The position numbers and the translations under genes are program-made. DNA of 32,000 nucleotides from Synechococcus elongatus PCC 6301 (GTDB lineage: Bacteria > Cyanobacteriota > Cyanobacteriia > Synechococcales > Synechococcaceae): NCBI RefSeq assembly GCF_000010065.1, contig NC_006576.1, forward strand, positions 630,001 to 662,000, in the 5' to 3' direction. The notes under the pieces are model-generated. The model ran no database searches. It was not told the origin of the DNA and was given only the letters and a program-made list of their open reading frames with translations. Of this stretch, positions 19,167-28,597 are shown one piece after another; the stretch's first letter is position 1; each line of letters starts with the position of its first letter.

Positions 19167-19547
19167 GTGAACACCTACGACCAAATCTACGCAGTCGTTC
19201 GCCAAATTCCGGTGGGCTGCGTCGCGACCTACGGACAAGTGGCGACCCTAGCCGGGCTGCCCGGAAAACCCCGTGTAGTCGGCTATGCCCTCTATCGAGT
19301 CGCTCCCGGTCTGACCGACTCCATTCCTTGGCATCGGGTAGTCAATGCTCGGGGAGCAGTCTCCATGTCTGCGCTGCGGCATGGCAGTGACTATTTGCAG
19401 CGCCACCTGCTCGAAGCCGAAGGAATCGAATTTGACCCGCAAGGACGCCTCAGTCTCCACCGCTACCGCTGGCAGCCCGACTTTGCCTCGCCCCAGTCGG
19501 GGGAATGCCCGTTGGGTAGCATTTCAAACCCTGACAACGATTCGTGA
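19167..19547 (+). CDS. MGMT/Ada DNA-binding-domain, alkyltransferase-like (ATL) protein
   Basis: IPVGCVATYGQVATLAGLPGKPRVVGYAL...DSIPWHRVVNARG. The active-site PCHR is replaced by PWHR. Confidence 0.93.
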   Translation: MNTYDQIYAVVRQIPVGCVATYGQVATLAGLPGKPRVVGYALYRVAPGLTDSIPWHRVVNARGAVSMSALRHGSDYLQRHLLEAEGIEFDPQGRLSLHRYRWQPDFASPQSGECPLGSISNPDNDS

Positions 19548-20838
19548 GGGGGCGTTTGCAGATCTGGCCCTCGATCGCCATCTGCAGCGCTCGGGCTTAG
19601 TTGGGGCCGATCGCCGCTTGGTGACGGAACTGGTCTACGGCTGTGTGCGGCGGCAGCGCACCTTGGATGCCCTGATTGACCTGCTGGCCCAACGACCTGC
19701 AGCCCAGCAACCGCCGGTGTTGCGGACAGTGTTGCAACTGGGGCTCTACCAATTGCGCTACCTCGAGCAGATTCCGACAGCGGCGGCTGTGGCGGAAACT
19801 GTGCAGCTTGCCAAGCAACTGGGTTTGGGTGGTCTGTCTGGAGCCGTCAACGCCATTTTGCGCCAGTATCTCCGCCAATCTGAGGAACGCGATCCGCTGC
19901 CGCTCCCGAGTGATCCGATCGCGGCTTTAGCGATTCATCAAAGCTTTCCCGACTGGCTAGTCCAGCTCTGGAGCGATCGCCTGGGCTTGGACGAAGCCGA
20001 ATTTCTCTGCCACTGGTTCAACCAGCCGCCCAGCAACGACCTGCGAATCAATCCGCTCCGGACTGAGCGATCGCAAGTGCAAGCTGCGTTAGAAGCCGTA
20101 GGGATTCGCAGTACGCCCGACCCGCAACTGCCCCAAGCCCTGCGACTAATCGACCCGCCCGGCCCAATTCGACAGCTTCCAGGCTTTGACGAAGGCTGGT
20201 GGATGGTCCAAGACAGCAGCGCTCAACTGATTGCCCATCTAGTTGATCCGCAGCCGGGTGAAACGGTGTTGGATGTCTGTGCCGCGCCGGGGGGGAAATC
20301 AACCCACTTGGCGGAATTGATGGGCGATCGCGGTCAAGTGATTGCCTGCGATTCATCCGCCAAGCGCCTGCGCAAGGTACAAGAAAATGCCCAGCGTCTG
20401 CAGTTGAGCAGCATCACCACTCGCGCGATCGATGGCCGTCAGATCAAGGGTATTCAGGCCGATCGCATTTTGGTCGATGCCCCCTGTTCAGGTTTAGGGA
20501 TACTTCATCGTCATGCCGATGGCCGTTGGCGGCAGAGTCCTGACAGTGTGGCGGAACTGGCGCAGTTACAGTCTGAAATTCTGGACGCTGCAGCGGCTTG
20601 CCTAAAACCGGCGGGAACTTTGGTCTACGCCACTTGCACGCTTCATCCTGCGGAGAATGAGGCAGTGATTGAGCAGTTTTTGCAGCGCCATCCCGACTGG
20701 CAGATGGCTCCCTTAGCGGCTGATAGTCCCTTCCAAGCTTGGGCAGAGGCCAACGGCACTCTGCGGATTTGGCCACATCGTCACGATCGCGATGGCTTTT
20801 TTGGGGCACGACTGCAGCGATCGCCCGCCCGTGACTAG
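19483..20838 (+). CDS. rsmB: 16S rRNA (cytosine967-C5)-methyltransferase
   Basis: NusB-like N-term NARWVAFQTLTTIREGAFADLALDRHLQ; VLDVCAAPGGKSTHLAELMGDRGQVIACD, ILVDAPCSGLGILHRHADGRW, LVYATCTLHPAENEAVIEQFL. Start uncertain: TTG 19483, TTG 19432 or ATG 19381 are in frame; the track begins at 19345. Confidence 0.93.
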   Translation: MPRPSRGNARWVAFQTLTTIREGAFADLALDRHLQRSGLVGADRRLVTELVYGCVRRQRTLDALIDLLAQRPAAQQPPVLRTVLQLGLYQLRYLEQIPTAAAVAETVQLAKQLGLGGLSGAVNAILRQYLRQSEERDPLPLPSDPIAALAIHQSFPDWLVQLWSDRLGLDEAEFLCHWFNQPPSNDLRINPLRTERSQVQAALEAVGIRSTPDPQLPQALRLIDPPGPIRQLPGFDEGWWMVQDSSAQLIAHLVDPQPGETVLDVCAAPGGKSTHLAELMGDRGQVIACDSSAKRLRKVQENAQRLQLSSITTRAIDGRQIKGIQADRILVDAPCSGLGILHRHADGRWRQSPDSVAELAQLQSEILDAAAACLKPAGTLVYATCTLHPAENEAVIEQFLQRHPDWQMAPLAADSPFQAWAEANGTLRIWPHRHDRDGFFGARLQRSPARD

Positions 20839-20855
20839 TGTCTACTGACAAAGAC

Positions 20856-21869
20856 TTAGTTTGCTTCTGCTCCAGCCGGTGCGGATACGGGCAGGAAACG
20901 ACCAACCTCATTTCTGAGCCAGTCCCAGCCATTGCTCGAGACTGTGGGTGGCGTCACCTCTTGGGCAACCCAAGCATCAATCGCGTTGTAGTCCGGCAAC
21001 CAATAGCTAATCGCATAGCTGCTACCGCTGGGTTGTCCCGGCAGGGTCGAAACCTCAACAGGCTTACCGCTAGCTAGAAAAGCGGTGATTGCCAACACTT
21101 CCGCACCGCTCAAGTTGCTGTCGATATAGGGCTGACTCAAGGCCACCCCAAGCGGCACCCGTAGGATGCCCAGAGGATTCAGAATCTGTTGTTGCAGCGC
21201 CTTCATTAGAGCCTGCTGCCGTTTAATCCGGCCAACATCGCCCAAGCCATCCTGCCGGAAGCGCAGGAATTGGACTGCCCGATCGCCCCAGAGATGTTGC
21301 TGCCCCGGCTTGAGATCAATGGTCAGGTTTTGGGTGACATCTCGGTACTGCATTCGCTCTGGCACTGTGACGGTCAGGCCGCCGATGCCATCAATAAACC
21401 GCGCGATCGCCCGTTGCTCAACGCGGATGTAGCGATCGATGGTGACTTTGCCCAGCAAACTTTGTATGGTCTCAGCCGCCAAGACGGGACCGCCGTAGAC
21501 ATTAGCTGCATTGGTCTTGTCGATGCCATAGCCCGGCAATTCCGTGCGCGTATCCCGCGGCAGCGATACCACCAGCGATCGCCCGCGTTGTGGGTCGAGA
21601 TAGACAAACAACATCGTGTCGCTGCGGCCCCGAAACATCGCCTCGGGCGAAGCTTCGGGGTCAGGCACTTGATCTACCCCCAAGATCAAGAGACTGAAGG
21701 GTCGCTGTAAACCCGTTAGACCGAGGAGCGGTTGACTCGAAGCGGTTGGTAGGCGATCGCCGTTGTTGACTTTGCGCAGGGGCAATGGCTGGAGTCCAAA
21801 CCAAACACAACCGGCCAGAAGTCCCACCGCAGTGAGCTGCAGGCTGCGTTTCCAAAAGCGACGCGCCAT
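20856..21869 (-). CDS. LytR-CpsA-Psr family cell envelope protein
   Basis: Membrane anchor followed by FSLLILGVDQVPDPEASPEAMFRGRSDTMLFVYLDPQRGRSLVVSLPRDTRTELPG...KINAANVYGG-like segment (IDKTNAANVYGG), QFLRFRQDGLGDVGRIKRQQ. Confidence 0.94.
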   Translation of the reverse strand: MARRFWKRSLQLTAVGLLAGCVWFGLQPLPLRKVNNGDRLPTASSQPLLGLTGLQRPFSLLILGVDQVPDPEASPEAMFRGRSDTMLFVYLDPQRGRSLVVSLPRDTRTELPGYGIDKTNAANVYGGPVLAAETIQSLLGKVTIDRYIRVEQRAIARFIDGIGGLTVTVPERMQYRDVTQNLTIDLKPGQQHLWGDRAVQFLRFRQDGLGDVGRIKRQQALMKALQQQILNPLGILRVPLGVALSQPYIDSNLSGAEVLAITAFLASGKPVEVSTLPGQPSGSSYAISYWLPDYNAIDAWVAQEVTPPTVSSNGWDWLRNEVGRFLPVSAPAGAEAN

Positions 21870-21957
21870 AGGAGTTTTGAGGAGGCGGAATCTAGACTAG
21901 CGCTTCTGCGATCGCAGGATTATCGGTGGACGGTCGCTCGGCTGAGCTGGCACAAAC

Positions 21958-23145
21958 CTAGCTGGGGCGAATCGCTTTTCCAGTTTCTAAATCAAACAGA
22001 TGAATCTGATCGGGCTTGAAGGTTAGCCAGAGGCGATCGCCCATCTGCCAGCATTGTTGCGGTGCCAAGCGGGCCTGAACCGCGATGCCACTCTCTTTGA
22101 GTTCACCAGCGATAAAGGTATCGCTGCCGAGGGCTTCGACGCCCGTTACAGTGATCAGCAAGTTCTTCGAGGCGGCAGCCCCCACTTCCAAATGCTCTGG
22201 GCGAATGCCGAGCTCCACCGTTTGGCCGTCGTAAAGGCGCAACACCGGCTCCCAAGCTTCCGGCAGTGTGCAGCGAAAGTTTTCAGTCGTCAGTTGCAGG
22301 GGTGCCCGCACGGTGACGGGAATTAGGTTCATCGGCGGCGATCCAATGAATTGCGCCACAAATCGATTGGCGGGGCGATCGTAGATTTCCAGCGGCGAAG
22401 CAACCTGTTGCAGATGACCACGATTCAACACCGCAATGCGATCGCCCATGGTCATTGCTTCGGTCTGATCGTGGGTGACGTAGAGCGTCGTCACACCCAG
22501 TTGCCGCTGGAGCGAAACGATCTGAGCGCGGGTTTCGGCCCGTAATTTCGCATCCAAATTCGAAAGCGGCTCGTCCATCAAAAAGACTTGGGGATTACGA
22601 GCGATCGCCCGTCCCAAAGCGACCCGTTGTTTTTGGCCGCCCGAGAGTTGTTTGGGCTGGCGATCGAGCAACGTATCGAGCTGCAGCATTGTGGCCACTT
22701 CCCGTACCCGCCGCTTGATCCGCGCTTCCTGCTCCGGTTCATACTGCAAGGATTTCGGCAGCGATCGCGTCGCCAGAGCCAGTTGCTGTTGCCACCAAGG
22801 GCGATCGCCCTGCCGTCGCAGTCCAAAGGCCAGATTGTCGTAGACGCTGAGGTGGGGATAGAGCGCGTAGCTCTGAAAGACCATGGCAATATCGCGAGCC
22901 TTGGCAGGCAGTCGATCGACTCGGCGATCGCCCACTTTGATCAAGCCTCGGCTGGGCGTCTCCAGACCTGCCAGCAGCCGTAACAGCGTACTTTTGCCAC
23001 AGCCCGAAGGACCGACCACGACCATAAATTCGCCGTCGGCAATTTCGAGATTGATGCCATTCAGGACGACAACTTCGCCTTTCTGGGGCGATCGGGCCTG
23101 TTCTGGAAAACGCTTCTCGATCTCTTCAAAAACAACGCCAGCCAC
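21958..23145 (-). CDS. ABC transporter ATP-binding protein, MalK/UgpC/MsmX type
   Basis: VVGPSGCGKSTLLRLLAGLE (Walker A), LSGGQKQRVALGRAIARNPQVFLMDEPLSNLDAKLR, C-terminal TOBE-like region with GIRPEHLEV. GTG 23145 (V-AGVVFEEIEKRF) is preferred over the track start at 23262, which would overlap obgE. Confidence 0.93.
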   Translation of the reverse strand: MAGVVFEEIEKRFPEQARSPQKGEVVVLNGINLEIADGEFMVVVGPSGCGKSTLLRLLAGLETPSRGLIKVGDRRVDRLPAKARDIAMVFQSYALYPHLSVYDNLAFGLRRQGDRPWWQQQLALATRSLPKSLQYEPEQEARIKRRVREVATMLQLDTLLDRQPKQLSGGQKQRVALGRAIARNPQVFLMDEPLSNLDAKLRAETRAQIVSLQRQLGVTTLYVTHDQTEAMTMGDRIAVLNRGHLQQVASPLEIYDRPANRFVAQFIGSPPMNLIPVTVRAPLQLTTENFRCTLPEAWEPVLRLYDGQTVELGIRPEHLEVGAAASKNLLITVTGVEALGSDTFIAGELKESGIAVQARLAPQQCWQMGDRLWLTFKPDQIHLFDLETGKAIRPS

Positions 23146-23244
23146 GTTGCAATCCCGGCCAAAGGTCGGGAACAGCTTAGCACTCGTGACTCGAGCGGCC
23201 GAGCGCGGCAACCGCCTAAAATGAAAGTTTGATTCCTCACCGCC

Positions 23245-24276
23245 ATGCAGTTCATTGATCACGCCACAATCTGCGTCAAAGCAGGCGATGGAGGCGATGG
23301 CATTGTGGCATTCCGCCGAGAAAAATATGTGCCGGCTGGCGGGCCTTCCGGCGGTAATGGTGGCCGTGGCGGCTCTGTCATTTTAGTGGCGACAGAACAA
23401 CTGCAAACCCTGCTTGATTTTCGCTATCTCCGCCTCTTCAAAGCGCAGGATGGGGAGCGGGGCGGCCCAAAAGGCATGACTGGTGCCAGTGCTGACGACT
23501 TAATCATTCAAGTGCCCTGTGGCACAGCGGTGTATGACGCCGAAACAGATGAGTGCCTCGGTGATCTCACCAGTGCTGGCCAAACTCTCCAAGTGGCGCA
23601 AGGTGGCAAGGGCGGGTTGGGCAACCAGCATTTTTTGAGCAACAGCAATCGCGCTCCTGAACACGCTCTGCCCGGATTGCCGGGGGAAGAACGGCAGCTG
23701 CGGCTGGAGCTGAAGTTGCTGGCGGAAGTGGGATTGATTGGCTTGCCCAACGCGGGTAAATCGATGCTGATTTCCGTTCTCTCTGCAGCTAAACCCAAGA
23801 TTGCCGATTACCCGTTTACAACGCTGGTACCCAACTTGGGTGTGGTGCGGCGGGAAACCGGCGATGGCACCGTCTTTGCCGATATTCCGGGCTTGATCGA
23901 AGGAGCCCATCGGGGTGCCGGATTGGGGCATGATTTCCTGCGCCACATTGAGCGGACGCGCCTGCTGATTCATCTCGTGGATCTGACCGCTGAAGATCCG
24001 ATCGCTGACTGGCGAACGATTCAGGCGGAACTGAAAGCCTACGGGCGCGGCTTGAGCGATCGCCCCCAGATTCTCGCTCTCAATAAAATCGACGCGGTAC
24101 TTGATGAGGATCTCAGCTTCTGGCAAGCCGAATTTCAAGCACTGACACCGGTGCCGCTGCTCTGCATTTCCAGTGCCGATCGCCGGGGCCTCGATGCCTT
24201 GTTGCGCCTGGTCTGGCAGTGGCTGGATGAACTGGATGCGGCGGCAGAGCTCAGTGAAACGCGGGTTTTGAACTGA
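23245..24276 (+). CDS. obgE: Obg family GTPase
   Basis: [47 protein letters not shown]; [34 protein letters not shown]; [26 protein letters not shown]. Confidence 0.97.
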   Translation: MQFIDHATICVKAGDGGDGIVAFRREKYVPAGGPSGGNGGRGGSVILVATEQLQTLLDFRYLRLFKAQDGERGGPKGMTGASADDLIIQVPCGTAVYDAETDECLGDLTSAGQTLQVAQGGKGGLGNQHFLSNSNRAPEHALPGLPGEERQLRLELKLLAEVGLIGLPNAGKSMLISVLSAAKPKIADYPFTTLVPNLGVVRRETGDGTVFADIPGLIEGAHRGAGLGHDFLRHIERTRLLIHLVDLTAEDPIADWRTIQAELKAYGRGLSDRPQILALNKIDAVLDEDLSFWQAEFQALTPVPLLCISSADRRGLDALLRLVWQWLDELDAAAELSETRVLN

Positions 24277-24450
24277 AACAACAGGCAGTTGATTGATCGA
24301 TCATTACCCTGCTGTAATCACGCGATCGCTTGCTGGTAAACCCTGAATTGGCAAACACTGGGAATATTCTGTGCACTCTCAGCCTGAGTGCCGCAGCCCT
24401 TGGCTTTCTCTAGGTGCTGCCTGTTCCTAAAGACCTTGTATTAATTGGCT

Positions 24451-25080
24451 ATGTCGAGTCTCACCGTGCCCGATCGCTTCCCTACTGAGTCCTCAACCGC
24501 GATCGCCTTAGGGGTTCTGGCCTCTGGCAATGGCAGCAATTTTGAAGCCCTGGCGCAGGCGATCACGGCAGATCAGCTGCAGGCGGAGATTCGGCTGTTG
24601 ATCTACAACAATCCTGATGCTTATGTGCGCCAGCGAGCTGAGCGGTTGGGGATTCCCGCCTTGCTCCTAGATCATCGCCAGTTTGCCAGTCGCGAGGATT
24701 TGGATCAGGCGATCATTACGGCGTTTCGCAATCGCGGCGTCGAGTGGATAGCGATGGCAGGTTGGATGCGACTGGTCACGGAAACGCTGATTCAGGCCTT
24801 TCCCGAGCGAATTATCAACATCCACCCCAGCTTGCTGCCTAGCTTTAAGGGAATCCGAGCTGTGGAGCAGGCGATCGCGGCCAAGGTGCGGATCAGTGGC
24901 TGTACTGCCCACTTAGTCACGCTCGATGTGGACAGCGGCCCGATTTTGGTGCAAGCGGCTGTGCCTGTATTGCCGGACGATACGGTCGATAGTCTCCAGC
25001 AGCGGATCCAAGTGGAAGAGCATAAGATTTTGCCGCTGGCGATCGCCCTTGCTGCTGCGCGATCGCCCCTGCCGGTTTAG
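24451..25080 (+). CDS. purN: Phosphoribosylglycinamide formyltransferase
   Basis: LGVLASGNGSNFEALAQAI, INIHPSLLPSFKGIRAVEQAI, GCTAHLVTLDVDSGPILVQAAVPV, RIQVEEHKILPLAI. Start uncertain. Confidence 0.95.
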   Translation: MSSLTVPDRFPTESSTAIALGVLASGNGSNFEALAQAITADQLQAEIRLLIYNNPDAYVRQRAERLGIPALLLDHRQFASREDLDQAIITAFRNRGVEWIAMAGWMRLVTETLIQAFPERIINIHPSLLPSFKGIRAVEQAIAAKVRISGCTAHLVTLDVDSGPILVQAAVPVLPDDTVDSLQQRIQVEEHKILPLAIALAAARSPLPV

Positions 25081-25086
25081 CAGTTC

Positions 25087-25734
25087 CTAAAACTCGATAC
25101 CGGCTTGCGCTTTCACACCCTGCTCTCGGAACGGGTGCTTGACTAGCTTCATTTCGGTGACTAAATCTGCCACCTCGACGAGGGCAGCCGGTGCTCCGCG
25201 CCCAGTCAGAATCACGTGATTGTCGTCAGGCTTTTCAGTCAATCCAGCCAGAATTTGCTCGGGCGAGAGGTAGCCGAGTTTGAGGGCGACATTGACTTCA
25301 TCGAGCAGTACCAGACGAAAATCGGGATTGCGGATGTAGCTGAGAGCCGTCTGCCAAGCCGTTTGAGCGCTTTGAATGTCACGTTGCCGATCTTGGGTTT
25401 CCCACGTGAAACCGTCACCCATAGCGTGAAACTCGAGGCGATCGCCCCAGACCGCAAAGGCGGCTTTTTCTGCGGGTTCCCAAGCACCTTTAATGAACTG
25501 CACGATCGCGACACGATGGCCATGACCGAGACTGCGCAGCACCATGCCCAAGGCGGCTGTGGTCTTGCCCTTACCGTCGCCGGTGTGGACAATCACCAGC
25601 CCTTTTTCGCGATCGCGACTCGCTAAACGCTGTTCCTGCACCTGTTTTCGGCGCAACATTTTGGCACGATGCTGTTCGTCACTGAGACCAGCAACTTCAT
25701 TGAGGGCGATCGCAGTTTGATCTAAATCTGTCAT
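25087..25734 (-). CDS. cobO: Cob(I)yrinic acid a,c-diamide adenosyltransferase
   Basis: GLVIVHTGDGKGKTTAALGMVLRSLGHGHRVAIVQFIKGAW; LVLLDEVNVALKLGYL; HVILTGRGAPAALVEVADLVTEMK. Confidence 0.96.
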   Translation of the reverse strand: MTDLDQTAIALNEVAGLSDEQHRAKMLRRKQVQEQRLASRDREKGLVIVHTGDGKGKTTAALGMVLRSLGHGHRVAIVQFIKGAWEPAEKAAFAVWGDRLEFHAMGDGFTWETQDRQRDIQSAQTAWQTALSYIRNPDFRLVLLDEVNVALKLGYLSPEQILAGLTEKPDDNHVILTGRGAPAALVEVADLVTEMKLVKHPFREQGVKAQAGIEF

Positions 25735-25737
25735 GGT

Positions 25738-26880
25738 TTAGCGACCAAAGCCCTTGCCCCGAGTCGTACTCGGTAGCGTCAGACATGCTTCAAGTTGCTG
25801 TTGCAATTCGGCATGATCAAGACCTTGGCCAATCAACACTAATTGATTGCGCTTTGGCCCAGTCCACTCACTGTCATCAATGCTGAAGCGCTTGCCACTC
25901 AGATGGAAAATATGACGTTTGGCACTCTCATCAAACCAAAGAATTCCTTTGGCTCGAAAAACGCTGGTCGGTAATTGATTGTCGAGAAAATGCTGCAATT
26001 TCCGAATCGCGAAGGGGCGATCGCTCTGGAAGGAGAGCGAGGTAAAGCCATCAATTTCTAGGTGATTGGCAGCATGCTCATGGTGGTGGTCATGATCATG
26101 CTCGCAATGGCCGTGGTCATGATCACAGGCTGAATGATCGTGATGATTATGCTCATGGTGATCGTGAGCTTCGTGAGTGCAATGCCCATGATCATGGTCA
26201 CAATCGCTGTGGTCACGACTATCGAAGTAGCGATCGGATTCAAACAGCGCCACGCTCAGAATCAACGGCAAGGGCACTTGCGCCTGCGTTGTCCGCAACA
26301 GCCGTGCATCAGCTTTGATCTCACGGATTTTTGCTTCTAGCTCTTGCAAGCGCGATTCAGACACGAGGTCACACTTATTCAAGAGGATGATGTCGCCGTA
26401 GAGCAGCTGATTATAAGCTGCTTGGCTATTGAAGAGGTCAAGACTATAGTTCTCAGCATCAACAACCGTGACGATGGAATCGAGGCGGGTCAAATCTCTC
26501 AGCTCTGAACCCAAGAAGGTGAGCGCCACGGGCAGGGGATCGGCTAAACCCGTTGTTTCGACAACGAGATAGTCGATTTTTTCAGGGCGTTCCAAGACCC
26601 GATAGACCGCATCCATCAAGTCGCTATTGATGGTGCAGCAGATGCAACCGTTGCTCAGTTCCACCATGTCTTCGCTGGTGGACACAATCAGCTCATTATC
26701 AATGCCAATTTCGCCAAATTCATTGACAAGAACGGCTGTTTTAACCCCTTGTTGATTGGTCAAAATATGGTTGAGCAGCGTAGTTTTGCCACTGCCCAAG
26801 AAACCGGTGATGATTGTGACCGGCAGGCCGAGCTTGGGAGCATCGAGGGCGCTAGCGACGGCAGAGCTGGCAACAGTCAT
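25738..26880 (-). CDS. CobW/COG0523 G3E-family GTPase (metal chaperone type) with His-rich region
   Basis: LPVTIITGFLGSGKTTLLNHILTN, VLVNEFGEIGIDNELI, LSNGCICCTINSDL (CxCC), NKCDLV; His/Asp-rich CDHDHGHCTHEAHDHHEHNHHDHSACDHDHGHCEHDHDHHHEH. Confidence 0.96.
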   Translation of the reverse strand: MTVASSAVASALDAPKLGLPVTIITGFLGSGKTTLLNHILTNQQGVKTAVLVNEFGEIGIDNELIVSTSEDMVELSNGCICCTINSDLMDAVYRVLERPEKIDYLVVETTGLADPLPVALTFLGSELRDLTRLDSIVTVVDAENYSLDLFNSQAAYNQLLYGDIILLNKCDLVSESRLQELEAKIREIKADARLLRTTQAQVPLPLILSVALFESDRYFDSRDHSDCDHDHGHCTHEAHDHHEHNHHDHSACDHDHGHCEHDHDHHHEHAANHLEIDGFTSLSFQSDRPFAIRKLQHFLDNQLPTSVFRAKGILWFDESAKRHIFHLSGKRFSIDDSEWTGPKRNQLVLIGQGLDHAELQQQLEACLTLPSTTRGKGFGR

Positions 26881-27015
26881 GGCAAATTCCGAGACAAACG
26901 ATCGGGCGGCATTGCGATCCCATTATGCCGCTCTCCTTAGGCTTCCTTGGTTGAGTGAGTCGATTGCAATCGCCCGTGACGGCTGACAATAGAGGTAGCG
27001 ATCGCCCCAGATTCT

Positions 27016-27534
27016 ATGCCGCCAACTTTTGTGACTGACCAAGCTTGGCAAGCAGCCGAAGCGGTTTTGCAGCCCAGTTTCATCCGGCTGATCGACAATC
27101 TGCGGCAGGTTTTGGAAGCGAGTGACTGGCAGCATCAGGTCGATCAGCAACTGCTGTGGCCAGAGGGCACCAGCGACCAAGACCAGCAGCGCTGGCAAGA
27201 TTTAGAGCTGCAACTCTATCGAGCCTCTGAGGAAGAAGCGCCCGCCCTGGAGCAAGAACTAGCCGCTTTACCCACTCCCCAACCGGTCTACACTCTGCAA
27301 CTAGAGCAGGGCGATCGCCACCATCAATTTGACCTGTGGGAGTTATGTTGGCAGTTGTGTTGTCCTGCTTGGCAGCCCAGTGGTGACTACGACGGCCAAG
27401 TCGATCCGGTTTTGCTCACCCCCGATGGCGAGTGCGACTGGGATCAGCTGGAAATCAAAACGCGCCAGTTTGTCGAGCAATTGTTGGCTCGGTTGAACTC
27501 AGCCAGTGAGCCAGAAACCGTCAGCGATCGCTGA
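27016..27534 (+). CDS. Hypothetical protein (172 aa)
   Basis: Intact ATG ORF in genomic gap, overlaps the next ORF start by a few codons; composition looks coding, no named domain recognised. Confidence 0.7.
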   Translation: MPPTFVTDQAWQAAEAVLQPSFIRLIDNLRQVLEASDWQHQVDQQLLWPEGTSDQDQQRWQDLELQLYRASEEEAPALEQELAALPTPQPVYTLQLEQGDRHHQFDLWELCWQLCCPAWQPSGDYDGQVDPVLLTPDGECDWDQLEIKTRQFVEQLLARLNSASEPETVSDR

Positions 27535-28540
27535 AGATAGAACATGCTGCGCTCAGCCATGCTTTGTGACGGAATCCGTGCTGCTCTTTGAGCCATCGCT
27601 CTGGAGTGTGATTCAGGTCAGCGATCGCGATCGCCTCACCTTTCTGCACAACCAAAGCACCCAATCTTTTTGGCAGCGACAACCGGGGGAAGCCTGCGAG
27701 ACCGTACTGGTGACGGCGACCGCTCGCATTTTGGATCTGGCGATCGCTGTGATTGATGTGGAAGCAGTGTGGCTGCTCGTTTCGCCCAGTCGCCAAGCGG
27801 ATCTGCTGCAGCGCCTCGATCGCTATATCTTCTTCTCCGATCAAGTCACGGTTGCAGATGCCGATTCGACGCTAGCGGTGCTGACCCTCATCGGGGATAG
27901 CACGCGATCGCTGTTGCAAACAGTAGTGGCAGACGCTTTGCCTGAATTGACGGAGAACCAACACGCCGCGCTGGCAATCGCCGGTCAGTCAGTGCAGTGG
28001 GTCAACTACTCCGGACTGGGGTTGCCCGGCAGTTTGTTGCTGGTGCCTGTCAGTGGCCTAGATGCTGTCCAAGCCGCGCTCCAGGCTGCTGGTGCTCAGC
28101 TCGCCACGGTTGAACAGTGGGAACGGCTACGGATTCAACAAGGACGGCCCGCTGTCGATCGCGAGCTAACAGAGGAGTACAACCCGCTGGAAGCCGGCCT
28201 TTGGCAGACCCTCAGCTTCGACAAAGGCTGCTATATCGGCCAAGAAACGATCGCGAGGCTCAATACCTACAAAGGCGTCAAGCAACGGCTCTACGGTTTA
28301 GCGCTAACAACCCTTCCTAGCCAGTTACCGGCTCCGTTGTTGCTAGAGGGCGAAAAAGTGGGTGTCCTCACCAGTGCGATCGCTACAGCAACCGGCGCGA
28401 TCGGCCTCGGCTATCTGCGTACCAAAGCCGGTGGTGCAGGTTTGACCGTCGACTGCGAAGGTCAACCGGCAATGGTGGTTGATCGGCCTTACTTGCGCCA
28501 CACCTACTTTGAACCGGAATCAGCTAGCGCTGCTCGCTAG
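27506..28540 (+). CDS. YgfZ/GcvT-like folate-binding protein
   Basis: VSDRDRLTFLHNQSTQSF...FDKGCYIGQETIARLNTYKGVKQRLYGL (KGCYxGQE motif). Start uncertain. Confidence 0.9.
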   Translation: MSQKPSAIAEDRTCCAQPCFVTESVLLFEPSLWSVIQVSDRDRLTFLHNQSTQSFWQRQPGEACETVLVTATARILDLAIAVIDVEAVWLLVSPSRQADLLQRLDRYIFFSDQVTVADADSTLAVLTLIGDSTRSLLQTVVADALPELTENQHAALAIAGQSVQWVNYSGLGLPGSLLLVPVSGLDAVQAALQAAGAQLATVEQWERLRIQQGRPAVDRELTEEYNPLEAGLWQTLSFDKGCYIGQETIARLNTYKGVKQRLYGLALTTLPSQLPAPLLLEGEKVGVLTSAIATATGAIGLGYLRTKAGGAGLTVDCEGQPAMVVDRPYLRHTYFEPESASAAR

Positions 28541-28597
28541 AGCGATCGCCAGTCAGGCGCTAGGCTATGGAGCGTTGCGCGTCTTTCCACTGAGGTC

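Noticed and set aside
23146-23262. N-terminal extension of the MalK-type ATPase
   Set aside because: The extension ([25 protein letters not shown]...) has no family similarity and would overlap the obgE start antisense; GTG 23145 fits the family start.
26060-26220. Repetitive CATGATCATG/GTGGTCATGATCATG tract considered as a possible tandem or CRISPR-like repeat
   Set aside because: It is degenerate, has no spacer structure, and is fully explained by His/Asp codons (CAT/CAC/GAT/GAC) of the CobW-type GTPase.
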